DNA from: a candidate division WOR-3 bacterium
Lineage (GTDB): Bacteria; Hydrothermota; Tepidihabitantia; Tepidihabitantales; Tepidihabitantaceae
Reading direction: 5' to 3'
Assembly: GCA_965649225.1 (NCBI GenBank)
Contig: CBFGJX010000003.1
Coordinates: 96,001 to 160,000, forward strand
DNA: 64,000 nt
The position numbers were made by a program, and so were the translations under genes. Positions within the stretch are counted from its first letter, which is position 1. Each line of letters begins with the position of its first letter. A model generated the notes under the pieces. It was not told where the DNA came from, made no database searches, and worked only from the letters and a program-made list of their open reading frames with translations. Positions 27,784 to 38,163 of this stretch are shown piece after piece.

Positions 27784-30700
27784 CTACCGCTCGACCACGA
27801 CCTTGGTGGCGGCAGTCAGGTCCCGGCTCTCGAGCCGGACCAGATAGACGCCGGCGGCAATTCCGCGCAGGTCAAGGTCAATCCTGCCGGTACGCACCGC
27901 AACAAACGCCCGCCGCATCACGATTCGGCCGGCAGCGTCAAACACACTCACTACCACCGGCCCGCCTCTCGGCAGGCTGTAATGCAGCGTCGTCCGTCCT
28001 GCTGCCAGCGGATTAGGCGCCAGCGCGACACTGCCCGACGGCATCGTTGTCGCTCCCTGGACACCCGAACGCGGAGCCTGACTGAACACACCCGGCAGCT
28101 GATAGTACCGCCAGAACTCGAGCGTCTTGTTGCCCTTCGCAGTGAAGAAGCCACCGTTGCCGAACGAGACAACATCGGCGCCGGCCTTGACACGCTTCTT
28201 CTTGTTGGTGGAGCCAAAAGCCGGCATCGTGTCCAGCTCTTCCCAGACATTGGCGGCAATGTCATAGCGATACCAGTCCTGGGTATTGCCGCCCTTCAGC
28301 GCCCAGATTCCACCGGCGAAGTACGCTGCCGAACCACCGTCCTTGCTCTTCTTGCTCTTGCCGGTCTGGCGATTGAGCAACGTCATACCCACCAGTGGTT
28401 GAGTATTCCACGTGCCGGTACTGAGGTCGAAGGTGTAGAACTCGTGATACTTCGCCTTGTGCACATACAGCCGATTGCCGCCGTCATGCACGAGCCAGGA
28501 ACCTTTGTCGTACTTTGGCCTGGTGCCGGCCGGGGCATCGGGCAGGGTCTCCCAAACCCCGGTCGCCACATTGTAACGATAGAACTCGTTCTTGTAACCC
28601 TTCAGCAGGTAAACATAGCCTGAGTCGCCACGCTGAACATATACCAGATCGGTCCCGCCTTTGACCTTCTTGTTCGAGGCGCCGGCAGGAACATCGGCCA
28701 GCTGGTAGAACGAGTCGCGCTGGACGTCGTAGCGCCAGAAACCAAGGGTGTTATTGCCCTTGGTGAAATAGACATAGCGATTACCATCGGCTGTCCCGGC
28801 CGCACCCTTCTTGGGCAGCTTGTTTTCCGTTCCAGCCGGGATCTCCCGCTTGAGACTCCAGCGATTTGCCAAGGGCTCGTAGCCGTAGAAGTCTCCGGTC
28901 TTGTTACCCTTCGCCACGTAGATCGTCTGATTGCCGGTCATCATCGCGGCCCAGCCACCGTCCTTGACCGCCTTGCCCGATGGCCCGACCGGTACCCCGG
29001 CAACCTCGTGCCAGCCGGCCGGCCACTGCGGGCCGGTCGCAACCAGGAACCGCGATTCGAGCACGTCGTTGGCCGGATTCGGGTCGCCGGAGGCATAGGT
29101 CGAACAGCGGGCGGTCCAGTAACCGGTATCCATGCCGACATTGTGCGTCGGAAAACTGATGACGGTGTCGCGGCCACCGGCAAGACCCTCGACGTTCACC
29201 GACCGGTTATAGACCCGGCTGCCGCCCGGACTGGTGAGCGCAAAGAACGCCCGGAAACTGGCCGGCACGGTGCCGTTGTTGCGCCAGCGGCCCTGCGGTG
29301 TCACGGTGGCATTGGTGTCGACCACGCCGGTCGGCGCAACGACAGCAGCCACGGCAATATCCGCAGTCTGACGGGTGACAGTGAAAGTACCGGTGACGAG
29401 GTCGTTGGTGGTGTTCTGGTCACCGGCGAGGAAGGTTGAGCAGCGCGCCGAATAGCCGCCACTCACCGGGAAGCTCGTCGGCGTGAACTCCACCGTGTCA
29501 ACTGCCCCGGCAGGCAATGCAACAACCTGAACCGAATCGAGATACCGGGTAACGCCACCGGGAGTGCTGACACAGCGGAACCAGGTCCAGAACGTCTCCG
29601 GTTCGGCGCCCAGATTGGCCACGACTGCCTGCGGTGTTACCACCACCGAAGTGTCGAACGTACCGGTTGGTGCCAGAATCGTCCTCGCCGCGACGTCATG
29701 GGCGATCGTGCCGACAACCCAGAAGGTATCGAACTTGATATTGTTGGCCGGATTGAGATCGGTCATCAGCAGTTCAGCCCGGTCCAGCCACATGCCGGGT
29801 TGTGAGAACAGCGAATCCCGGAATTGAACTGAAGTGAAGCTGCCCGGGGCAAGACCGAACACGGTCTCTTCGTCCGCCCACGCACCAATCGTGAAGCGGA
29901 CCGGCACCACCGGCTCGGTCGTGTTGCCGTAGTTGCGGATAACACATTCAGGATGCAGCCAGGTTGAATCCGGCACTGTGTCCACCGGCGCGACAATCCG
30001 GCTGATACCGATATCCCGGACGGCTACAAAGAACGAATCGCGCCGGCTGTCGTTCCAGTTCGTCGAGTCAAGCGCAAACTCAGTCGAGCAGGATACCGGG
30101 TGCCAGCCACGGGTGGTAAGCGTCAGTTCCGGGAAAACCAGCTCCCGCCGCTCGCCACTCGGCTGGGCGGCAACCTGCATCACCTCGTTGTAGCTCGTGC
30201 CAATCTTCATCCGCACCTGGTACGTGGCAGTCTGGGTCCCGAAGTTCTCAACCGTGCACACCGGCGCAACCACCGTACCCGAGTCAATCTGTCCGACCGG
30301 CGCCAGCAGCGCGTGGACACCGACATCATAGGGAACCCGGACGATAACCGTGTCGGTCAGTTTGTCATTGGCATGATAGACGTCGGTGCCAAGTCGGGTC
30401 GAGCAGGCGACGACGTGAACCCCGCCCTGGTTGTTGCCGACAATCCAGTCCTGCGGGAAAGTCACATACCGGCTCGTCCCGGGAACGTGGTTTATCACCA
30501 TGCCGAGCTGGTCATAGAAGGAACCGATCTGCATCCGGACCGAGTAGGAAACCGTCTCGGTGCCGTAGTTGAAGGTCGAGCAGGCCGGTGCAATCGTGTC
30601 GCCCGGATTGGCATAACGACCGGGAGCGATAATCCGGGTGCAGCCGACGTCGATACCGACGACTTCAAACGGCTCGGTCCAGGTGTCGTTCGCCGGGAAA

Positions 30701-31905
30701 GCATCACCGGCCAGCCCCAGCGAACACCGAACTGTGTAGGAACCGGCGGGCGAGGCAATCCAGATGCCAAAATTGATCGTATCCTCGCGGCCAGGCCCGA
30801 GCGTCTTGGTGCGGGTGAACGTGTGCGACCCGAACCGCATCGTGGCGGGGAAAGTCCGACTCTGCAGAGTGTCGTAGTTCCGGGCGGTGATGCGCAGACG
30901 CACGGTATCGCCGACGTTGTAGGTCGCGCGGGGCGCAATCACGCCGGTAATCCCGACATCGGACGGGAGCAGCCGATGCCAGCCGTCGAGCTTGTAGATC
31001 ATGTTTTCGGGATTCTGCATTATCCCGATCCAGTAGTCGCCCGAGCGCGGGTCCCAGGCTACACCACGAACGTTGTTGACATAACCCGAGAGATCGGGCA
31101 GGCGCTGACGGTTGATGATTGAAAAGTCATTGCGGTTCAGCTCAAACAGCACACAGGAATCCAGTATCCCCGAACCCGAAAAGAAGCTGTAAATCATCAG
31201 CAGCGAGGGCATGTTCGGGTTGGTGGTCGAATAGTCAAAGTCGATACACCTCGCTCCCGCGTAGGAGTATCCTAAATGGTCCAGCCCGGCCCGCTGCAGT
31301 ACCGTACCCATCGTGTCCATCACGTAGATTGAACAGGGGAAAACGCCCTCGCCCATCCGGTCAACGACGTAGAGCCGTTTGTTGCGTTCATCAAATGCGA
31401 TACCGGTGGGATAGTTAACCGCCGGCGACTGAAAACTGCGCGTGACTCCACCGCCGGCGGCATCAACCTTGTAAACCCGCTTGTACTTCGACGAATGAAC
31501 CCAGATTGAATTGTCGTAGCGGCAGTAAGCGATATCCTGGAACGAGTCGTTCACCGGCCCCGGAATCGAGGTAATCGCAATCGTGTCCTTGAGCATCGGA
31601 TTGGTCGAGTCGTCTGAACGGTAGCGGTGAAAAACGCTCTGCCAGAAATAAACCCCCAGCAGTTTGTCGCTCAGGCCGTTGTAGGCCATCCCGTAGTGAC
31701 CCCACTGCAAACCAGCCAGGTCACTCAGGCGGGCCGGTCCCCACAACACTGTCGGTGGCGGGTCCTGCTCCGGCACCTTCACCGGCGCGGCCCACTCGCC
31801 CCCGCCCAGGAACTCTCCATCCGGTGCGGGCGCGGCGGCATAAGCGACGGTAACCGTCAGTGCCGCGAGCAGCACGGCCATCGTTGTCACTCTACTGACG
31901 TGCAT
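27784..31905 (-). CDS. Secreted protein: N-terminal NHL-like propeller + about 6 CARDB/Ig-like repeats + Lys-rich Kelch-like propeller + T9SS-type tail
   Basis: AAGGAGG Shine-Dalgarno; signal peptide; PTGIAFD/RGVAWD blades; DVG..I.AP..N.G..ND repeats; FDAAGR..GVYLVRL..KVVVER. Confidence 0.85.
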   Translation of the reverse strand: MHVSRVTTMAVLLAALTVTVAYAAAPAPDGEFLGGGEWAAPVKVPEQDPPPTVLWGPARLSDLAGLQWGHYGMAYNGLSDKLLGVYFWQSVFHRYRSDDSTNPMLKDTIAITSIPGPVNDSFQDIAYCRYDNSIWVHSSKYKRVYKVDAAGGGVTRSFQSPAVNYPTGIAFDERNKRLYVVDRMGEGVFPCSIYVMDTMGTVLQRAGLDHLGYSYAGARCIDFDYSTTNPNMPSLLMIYSFFSGSGILDSCVLFELNRNDFSIINRQRLPDLSGYVNNVRGVAWDPRSGDYWIGIMQNPENMIYKLDGWHRLLPSDVGITGVIAPRATYNVGDTVRLRITARNYDTLQSRTFPATMRFGSHTFTRTKTLGPGREDTINFGIWIASPAGSYTVRCSLGLAGDAFPANDTWTEPFEVVGIDVGCTRIIAPGRYANPGDTIAPACSTFNYGTETVSYSVRMQIGSFYDQLGMVINHVPGTSRYVTFPQDWIVGNNQGGVHVVACSTRLGTDVYHANDKLTDTVIVRVPYDVGVHALLAPVGQIDSGTVVAPVCTVENFGTQTATYQVRMKIGTSYNEVMQVAAQPSGERRELVFPELTLTTRGWHPVSCSTEFALDSTNWNDSRRDSFFVAVRDIGISRIVAPVDTVPDSTWLHPECVIRNYGNTTEPVVPVRFTIGAWADEETVFGLAPGSFTSVQFRDSLFSQPGMWLDRAELLMTDLNPANNIKFDTFWVVGTIAHDVAARTILAPTGTFDTSVVVTPQAVVANLGAEPETFWTWFRCVSTPGGVTRYLDSVQVVALPAGAVDTVEFTPTSFPVSGGYSARCSTFLAGDQNTTNDLVTGTFTVTRQTADIAVAAVVAPTGVVDTNATVTPQGRWRNNGTVPASFRAFFALTSPGGSRVYNRSVNVEGLAGGRDTVISFPTHNVGMDTGYWTARCSTYASGDPNPANDVLESRFLVATGPQWPAGWHEVAGVPVGPSGKAVKDGGWAAMMTGNQTIYVAKGNKTGDFYGYEPLANRWSLKREIPAGTENKLPKKGAAGTADGNRYVYFTKGNNTLGFWRYDVQRDSFYQLADVPAGASNKKVKGGTDLVYVQRGDSGYVYLLKGYKNEFYRYNVATGVWETLPDAPAGTRPKYDKGSWLVHDGGNRLYVHKAKYHEFYTFDLSTGTWNTQPLVGMTLLNRQTGKSKKSKDGGSAAYFAGGIWALKGGNTQDWYRYDIAANVWEELDTMPAFGSTNKKKRVKAGADVVSFGNGGFFTAKGNKTLEFWRYYQLPGVFSQAPRSGVQGATTMPSGSVALAPNPLAAGRTTLHYSLPRGGPVVVSVFDAAGRIVMRRAFVAVRTGRIDLDLRGIAAGVYLVRLESRDLTAATKVVVER

Positions 31906-32050
31906 CTTAGCCTCCTTGCTAAGGATAAGTTTCTTTGTCTTGGTGGATTGTTCCGGCTGAGCAGACTTTTGAGTGCAGACAGAACCAACCCACCAGGCTT
32001 AAGTCTGAGCCCCTTATCGGTGCGGCCGTAGCCCTTGCCGCACCGCTGCA

Positions 32051-32078
32051 ATACTATTCAGCCCTGACCGGCTGTCAA
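32051..32078 (-). promoter_or_regulatory. Sigma70-type promoter ahead of a structured leader of about 140 nt
   Basis: TTGACA-N16-TAGTAT. Confidence 0.65.
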
Positions 32079-32103
32079 GCTTTGTTGAAAGACCGCATGC
32101 AGC

Positions 32104-34248
32104 CTAGTCGGTGACCGTCAACCGAATCCGAACGCCGGTGCCGGTGACTGCCGCCGTGTAAACCCCGGCCGGAAGGCCGTCGATGCGCAGTTCGCCTGCC
32201 AAGCCGCTGCTGTCAACGTTACGGCGGAAAATCAGCCGCCCCGAAGCGTCACAGATCATCAGTGCCGAACCCCGCGGCAGCGATCCGTTCAAGCGAATTA
32301 TGGCCTGGCCGCGGCTCGGGTTACCGGCGGCCCACATTTGAACGTCCGCTCCGCTTCCCGGAACCGGCAGTGTCGGTTCCGCAATGCCAATAGCAAGTTT
32401 CTCGTATATTTCCAGGCCGACCATGCCTTTAGAGACGTAGGCATAGGGTCGTGCTGTGACGACATCGCCGCAAAACGGCGGGGTGAAATAGTAACCCAGT
32501 TCTGCCGGGCTGGTCGGCCGGGATATCAGAACCAGCCGCAGCCCCCGGTCACCATCAGCCACCCAGGCCACCGAATCAGCCAGTGCGATACTGCGCGCTG
32601 AACCCGGGGTGTCAAACCAGCCCGTCTCAACCGGCCGGGTGGGGTCACTGACATTGACAATCCTCAGGCCGGCGTTGTCGGCGGCGACATAGGCATAGCT
32701 GCCGCTCACGGCCACACCATAGGCAGTGCCCTGGGTGTCAATCGAACCCCGCTCAACCGGATTGGCCGGATTGGAGACATCAATTATCCGCAGACCGGCG
32801 AAGGCATCGGTCAGGTAGAGATAATTGCCGGCGATTGCGGCGGCAGTTGCGTAGCCGGGACTGTCGTAGAAACCGACCTCGGTCGGGTTACTTGGATCAC
32901 CACAGTCAAAAATCCGCACGCCTAGCGCTTCGTCGCAGACATAGGCATAGCGCCCGGCAACTGCCACCTGATAAGCGACCCCCGGCGTATTGGCAGTTGC
33001 CACCAGTCGCATCTGGGCTGGATTCGAAACGTCAACAATGTGAAATCCGGCGGTGTCGGCAGCAACATAGGCCAGTGTACCGGCAACTGTCACGTCGCGG
33101 GCGAAACCAGTCAGTGCCAGCCGACCTGCTTCCGACGGGCCGTATGGGTCGGACACATTGATCGCCCACAAACCGGAACGCCCGGTGGCACAATAGGCAT
33201 AAGAGCCCTGAATTCCGATTCCGTTGGTCACATTCGGCACGGCAAAAGAACCCAGCTCGGTTGGATTGAACGGATCAATCGTCTCGATTGCCCGCAGTCC
33301 ACCGGTGTAGGCGGCAACGAAAACTCTGGTTCCGGCCGCCGCTGCCTTGTAGGCCGGCCCGACAGTCCGGTAAAAACCCAGCTCCTGCGGGCTGGCCGGG
33401 TCCTGAATGTAAATAATCCGCAGCCCCGAGCCCAGGTCAGTGACGTAAGCATAGGCACCGGCCAGCACCACGCTGTAAGCGGTACCGGGAGTATCGACAA
33501 ATCCAACCTCGAACGGGCTGGCCGGATTGGCGATGTTGACAACCCGCAAACCGGCATCGCCATCGGCAACGTAGCCATAAGTTCCGGAAACCGCGACTCC
33601 GTAGGCAAAACCGGGCGAGTTGTAGACACCGACGCCAACCGGATTCTGGGGATTGGCAACATTTACCACGTGCATACCGCTCGTCCCGTCGGCGACATAG
33701 GCGTAGCTGCCGGCAACTGCAACTCCGAAAGCATAGTCCGGCGTATCATAGCGACCGACCAGCACCGGCCGCGCCGGGTCCGAAACATCAACCACCGCCA
33801 GGCCAAGAGCTTCCTCGGCGACGTAGGCATAGCCGCCGGCCACTGCCACATCCAGGGCCAGACCCTGAGCATCGTAGTAGCCCAGTCTCACTGGACTGGT
33901 CGGAACTGCCATGTCCCATATCTCCAGTCCCTCCTCACCGTTGGCGATGTAGAGCCGGCGACTGGCATTATCGTAACGAAGCGCCTGGATTACCGCGCGG
34001 GTGTGAATCCGTTCCGACACCTTCACCGGCGCCGAAGGATTCTGAATGTTCAAAACGTAAACCCCGCCCCCGGAACCGAGATAAAGCAGATTGCGGGGGA
34101 TATCCAGTGCTACGGCATAGCTGAGCCCGAAAGGCCAGTTACCGATGAATTTGACGCCAACCGAATCCGCTGCCAGCGAAGCCGGCAGCATACCTGACCC
34201 GGCGGCCAGCGCTGAAATCGCCAGAACCAACACAACACAACTGCGCAA
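32104..34248 (-). CDS. LVIVD-repeat secreted protein with T9SS-type tail
   Basis: More than 12 repeats of TPG.AYGVAV.G.YAYVAD...GLR.V.VS.P..P. Start moved to TTG 34248 after AAGGAGG. Confidence 0.88.
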   Translation of the reverse strand: MRSCVVLVLAISALAAGSGMLPASLAADSVGVKFIGNWPFGLSYAVALDIPRNLLYLGSGGGVYVLNIQNPSAPVKVSERIHTRAVIQALRYDNASRRLYIANGEEGLEIWDMAVPTSPVRLGYYDAQGLALDVAVAGGYAYVAEEALGLAVVDVSDPARPVLVGRYDTPDYAFGVAVAGSYAYVADGTSGMHVVNVANPQNPVGVGVYNSPGFAYGVAVSGTYGYVADGDAGLRVVNIANPASPFEVGFVDTPGTAYSVVLAGAYAYVTDLGSGLRIIYIQDPASPQELGFYRTVGPAYKAAAAGTRVFVAAYTGGLRAIETIDPFNPTELGSFAVPNVTNGIGIQGSYAYCATGRSGLWAINVSDPYGPSEAGRLALTGFARDVTVAGTLAYVAADTAGFHIVDVSNPAQMRLVATANTPGVAYQVAVAGRYAYVCDEALGVRIFDCGDPSNPTEVGFYDSPGYATAAAIAGNYLYLTDAFAGLRIIDVSNPANPVERGSIDTQGTAYGVAVSGSYAYVAADNAGLRIVNVSDPTRPVETGWFDTPGSARSIALADSVAWVADGDRGLRLVLISRPTSPAELGYYFTPPFCGDVVTARPYAYVSKGMVGLEIYEKLAIGIAEPTLPVPGSGADVQMWAAGNPSRGQAIIRLNGSLPRGSALMICDASGRLIFRRNVDSSGLAGELRIDGLPAGVYTAAVTGTGVRIRLTVTD

Positions 34249-34341
34249 TTTTCCTCCTTGCATTCTGAAAATGCACCCTGACAGAAACTGACAAAATAAA
34301 TTATACCCCGTCACTGGTGAAAGTGAAGCTTGACCGAGAAC

Positions 34342-35817
34342 TCAGCTCAACCGACGTTGAGCCGCACCACTGACAAGCACCACAAGCATAACCAGCATCA
34401 CCGGCTCAGTCATTGAACGGAAACGCATGTTCTCGCCCACCTCGAGCAGGATGCCGGTTACCAGCACATACCCGAGCAACAGCCCGATGAATGCACCGGT
34501 GGCGGCAACGGCGGCAGCCCGCCGGCGCAGTCGCAACGCAAGCAGAATCGAACCAAGAAGTGTCAGCAGATACATCACCGGCAGCAGCAGCCCGGCGTTA
34601 CAAAGCTTCTGCCGGTAGAACCGGGCGAGGTCACATCGCTGCAGCTCCGGGTCAACGTAGTACATCAGCCGCCCCTGCAGCAGCTCACCGGCCAGCACTG
34701 CCGGTTTTATCCGGTCGCGATTTCCCTGCAGCAACCGGTTGGCGGTCACCGGCATAAAGAAAATCAAAGCGGCATCCAGCACACTGCGCCAGTACGCTGC
34801 GGGCCGGTTCCGCAGTAACCAGACCGCATCCCGCCGATACAATCGCGCCACCGCGATGTAATCCCGGTGGTTGTAGTTTGGCATTCCGCTTTCCCGCAAC
34901 GGCTGTTCCAGCACCGGGATACCGGCCGGCACCCGCAGCACCGGCGGCACATACCGTCCCCGATATGCTGCCAGCGGGCTGAACGGTGCGATTTCCGAAA
35001 CCGACGAAAGCCTGCCCGAAAGGACCAGTGAACGCCGCTCCGCCATCGGCACAAAGGTGTGGGTCATCCGGGCCAGATTCATACCAAACCAGCTTGAACC
35101 GGAGAAGGAACCGAACATGATCCAGTTCCGGGCATACCATCCCAGCACAACTGCCAGCGCCACTGCCAGCGCCACTGTACCGCGGCGACGTGCCACCGGC
35201 GCCATCAAAAGCATCGGCAGGATGGCCAGCACCAGCAACACCGGATGGAACATGCTCACTGTCAGACACAACAGGGTCAGCGCAGTTCCCAGCAACACCG
35301 CCCAGCCGCGACCCGCTGTCGCCCCCAGCCGTTCCACTGCCAGAGCCGCGACGGTGAGCAGAAAGGCTGCCGGCAATGCGTAGGACAACCAGTTTTCATA
35401 AAGCACCGGCGTCGGGCTGATGGCATAAAGCCCAAGAAGAACCAGCGCTGGCAATCGTCCAGCGCCAAGCCGTCTTGCCAAAACCCAAGCGGCAGCGACA
35501 GTCAACGCACCTAGGGCAAGACTTGCGCCGGCGAAGGCGGCCGTGGGGGAGTCAAAACCACGCACCACCAGTCCCAGATAAATATATAACGGCGGCTGGC
35601 TGTGCAGGAACCAGATACTGCGCCAGAGGTCGTTGCGCAGCAACTGGGCGTCGATGTACTGCCAGAAGGTTGCCAGCGGCGTCAGGTCAAAGCGCACGCC
35701 GGCAAGCCGGTAGCCGAACCTTGCTCCGGCATACGCCCCGGCCAGGACCAGTAACCCGGCCAGCTCCCTCCAGGCCGTCAAGGGCCGTGCCCTGACAACC
35801 GGTCGCCGGCTTCTCAC
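34342..35817 (-). CDS. Polytopic membrane protein, GT-C/ArnT-like glycosyltransferase candidate
   Basis: Many transmembrane segments; HSQPPLY, YENWLSY, GENMRFR; overlaps the upstream gene. Confidence 0.65.
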   Translation of the reverse strand: MRSRRPVVRARPLTAWRELAGLLVLAGAYAGARFGYRLAGVRFDLTPLATFWQYIDAQLLRNDLWRSIWFLHSQPPLYIYLGLVVRGFDSPTAAFAGASLALGALTVAAAWVLARRLGAGRLPALVLLGLYAISPTPVLYENWLSYALPAAFLLTVAALAVERLGATAGRGWAVLLGTALTLLCLTVSMFHPVLLVLAILPMLLMAPVARRRGTVALAVALAVVLGWYARNWIMFGSFSGSSWFGMNLARMTHTFVPMAERRSLVLSGRLSSVSEIAPFSPLAAYRGRYVPPVLRVPAGIPVLEQPLRESGMPNYNHRDYIAVARLYRRDAVWLLRNRPAAYWRSVLDAALIFFMPVTANRLLQGNRDRIKPAVLAGELLQGRLMYYVDPELQRCDLARFYRQKLCNAGLLLPVMYLLTLLGSILLALRLRRRAAAVAATGAFIGLLLGYVLVTGILLEVGENMRFRSMTEPVMLVMLVVLVSGAAQRRLS

Positions 35818-38027
35818 CGTTCCCTCACCGGTCTGATGTCAAACACCCTGCCCCCCGGCACTCGCCCCAGCTCCCGGAAATCAACTCCGGCTGCTTCGTA
35901 GTAGCGTGACTTCTCCAGATAGCCGAGCCCGGCCGGCAGCGGCCGAGGGTCACCGTCCACCCACAGTGCCAGAGCTGGCAGCCAGTCCTCCAGCCGACGC
36001 CGGCCCGACCAGATTTCAGCAGCGACCGTGTGGTAATCAACCGCACGACTGCGCACACTGCTGTCCTTGGGCAACTGCGCGTGCAGCGGCCAGAAGACGC
36101 TGCGATAGCCGGTCGATCGCCGCCCCGCCGCCCGTTCCAGACTGTCCAGTGTCGCCGAAAGCGCCGATTCGGCGAACCCGGTCACTGATGAACGAACCAG
36201 CCTGCCATCGCGCACCAGCCAGCATTCCCGTCCGGGTCGGGCAACGGTCAGCGCTGAGTTCAACGGCCCCAGATCTCGACAGTAAACCACCGGACCGGCC
36301 AAATCCAGCCGATTGAGGTTGAAGACTGCGCCAATTTCGGGGGAAAACACCAGCGCGTTGTCGAGCCTTCTCGAAGCAATCTCACGCTGCAGTCGTCCAT
36401 TCACTCCCCAGTAACCGCGGTACCAGCGCACTAGTGGCGGCAGCCCGACGGCCAGTGCAAATACCAGTGCCAGCGGCAGTGTCCGGGCGGCAACAGCGGC
36501 AGTCTGACGCCGGTCGGCAGTCAGCACTGGTGTGGTCAGTCCCCGCGTGACCAGCACCAGTGCCGGACCGAGTCCTTCAAACAAAAACCGCGGGCCGAAA
36601 GCAACCCCGTGGGCCCAGTAAAAGAAATAAGCCAGTGGCAGCACCAGCAGACAGAGCAACAGCACCCGGTCGTAGCGCCGGGGAGTTGGACCCAGCAATG
36701 GCAATAATACCAGCAGCAGCGCAGGCACCGGCCACTCCAGCAGAAACCGGTTAAACATGTTGAGGTCGTGTCCAACATTCACCAGCCCGCGCAGCGGAGT
36801 GTGCGCCGCTCCCCAGCCGCTGTGTCCGAAACCGATTTCATGCCCCCGGCCATACCGGGCGACATAGCCGAACAGCAGCGGGTCACCGTGAACCAGCCAG
36901 TTCCAGCCCAGCAGCAGGCTGCCGCCCAGCACCATACCGCCCATCAGTGCCAGAGCACTGCCCGCGGCCCGGCGTCGGAACAACTCAGGCAGAACAAACA
37001 CCGTCGCCGGCAGTGCGAACGCCAATGCGGTATAGGGCCGGACGCAGGCGGCCAGCCCGAGCAGCAGTCCGGCCGTGAAACCTTCCAGCCGGCCCAGCGT
37101 GCGGCGACTGCGCAGCGCCAAGACCAGAAATCCAGTCAAAAGCACCAAAGCGCTGGCATGGTTCATATACTCGCCCGACATCGCCCACAGCCACGGCGAA
37201 ACCACTGCCAGCAATGCCGCTCCCCGCCCGGTTGTTTCATCATGTGCCTCGCGACCGAGCAGAAACACCAGCGGCACAAAAGCCGCCCCCAGCAGCGGAT
37301 TCACCAGCCACGGCGCCCCGACCAGCACGCCCGCCGTCAGCAACAGCGAATGAAAGAACGGATACACCGAAACCCAGCGGCCGTGGTTCATCACGGTGAA
37401 GCTCAGGTCAAAAAACTCGGGAAATTCAGGAGCCGGCAACCACAACCGGCCGGCGGCAAAAATCCGCGCCTGAAAAAGCTGAGCAATCGAATCGGGCAGA
37501 TGCGGAATTCCCTCGAAGACCAAAAGCGACCAGAGCAGGGCAATCACCAGCACCAGACCGGAACAGAGCAACAGGAACGAGGCTCGATTCAGTCCGACCA
37601 GCCAGCCCCAGACCCTTTGAGCGCCGCGCGCCGGCAAGGCAAGCCACCTCCAGCTGCCGATGACCAGCAGAACAAAACCGAGACCGGCCAGCATGACATA
37701 AAGAACCAGTTGCGAACGGCTCGGACGCACCCAGGAGTATTCCCAAGGGACAAGACTGAAAGCCAGCAGCAGCAGAACCGCAGCGGTTCGGAGTCGCCGG
37801 CCGGCCACAAACATCGCCTGCACCGCCCGCCGCCCTTCGCCGGTAACCCCCAGCATCACCCCCAGACACCCGATGCAGCCGAGCAGGACAACCCACACCG
37901 ACAGTATCGGCTGCCCGCCCACCCGGATCAAACCGGCATCGGCGTAGCACCAGTTCGTATCCTGACGCAATAGGCCCGCCGCTGCCAGCAGCACCGCGCC
38001 GGCCACCGCAGCGATGGTTCGTTTCAA
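35814..38027 (-). CDS. Glycosyltransferase family 39/83 (PMT/ArnT-like, GT-C)
   Basis: PHLPDSIAQLFQARIFAAG, YP, VNPLLGA, SP, YMNH, RPYTA, GPRFLFE and multiple transmembrane segments. Confidence 0.78.
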   Translation of the reverse strand: MKRTIAAVAGAVLLAAAGLLRQDTNWCYADAGLIRVGGQPILSVWVVLLGCIGCLGVMLGVTGEGRRAVQAMFVAGRRLRTAAVLLLLAFSLVPWEYSWVRPSRSQLVLYVMLAGLGFVLLVIGSWRWLALPARGAQRVWGWLVGLNRASFLLLCSGLVLVIALLWSLLVFEGIPHLPDSIAQLFQARIFAAGRLWLPAPEFPEFFDLSFTVMNHGRWVSVYPFFHSLLLTAGVLVGAPWLVNPLLGAAFVPLVFLLGREAHDETTGRGAALLAVVSPWLWAMSGEYMNHASALVLLTGFLVLALRSRRTLGRLEGFTAGLLLGLAACVRPYTALAFALPATVFVLPELFRRRAAGSALALMGGMVLGGSLLLGWNWLVHGDPLLFGYVARYGRGHEIGFGHSGWGAAHTPLRGLVNVGHDLNMFNRFLLEWPVPALLLVLLPLLGPTPRRYDRVLLLCLLVLPLAYFFYWAHGVAFGPRFLFEGLGPALVLVTRGLTTPVLTADRRQTAAVAARTLPLALVFALAVGLPPLVRWYRGYWGVNGRLQREIASRRLDNALVFSPEIGAVFNLNRLDLAGPVVYCRDLGPLNSALTVARPGRECWLVRDGRLVRSSVTGFAESALSATLDSLERAAGRRSTGYRSVFWPLHAQLPKDSSVRSRAVDYHTVAAEIWSGRRRLEDWLPALALWVDGDPRPLPAGLGYLEKSRYYEAAGVDFRELGRVPGGRVFDIRPVRER

Positions 38028-38163
38028 GCCGTCACCATCGGCAGAAGTATCGAACCGGCGTCTTCGGAGTCAAGCCAGGACGGCTCTTGCCCGAACGCCG
38101 GCAGCGGTTACAATCAACTGCCAGTGCCGACTATTATCAGCCACAGCTCTCCCGGGAGGCGCG

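Noticed and set aside
32104..34248. Internal DNA repeats as a repeat array or diversity-generating element
   Set aside because: They are diverged in-frame LVIVD protein repeats, and no reverse transcriptase is present.
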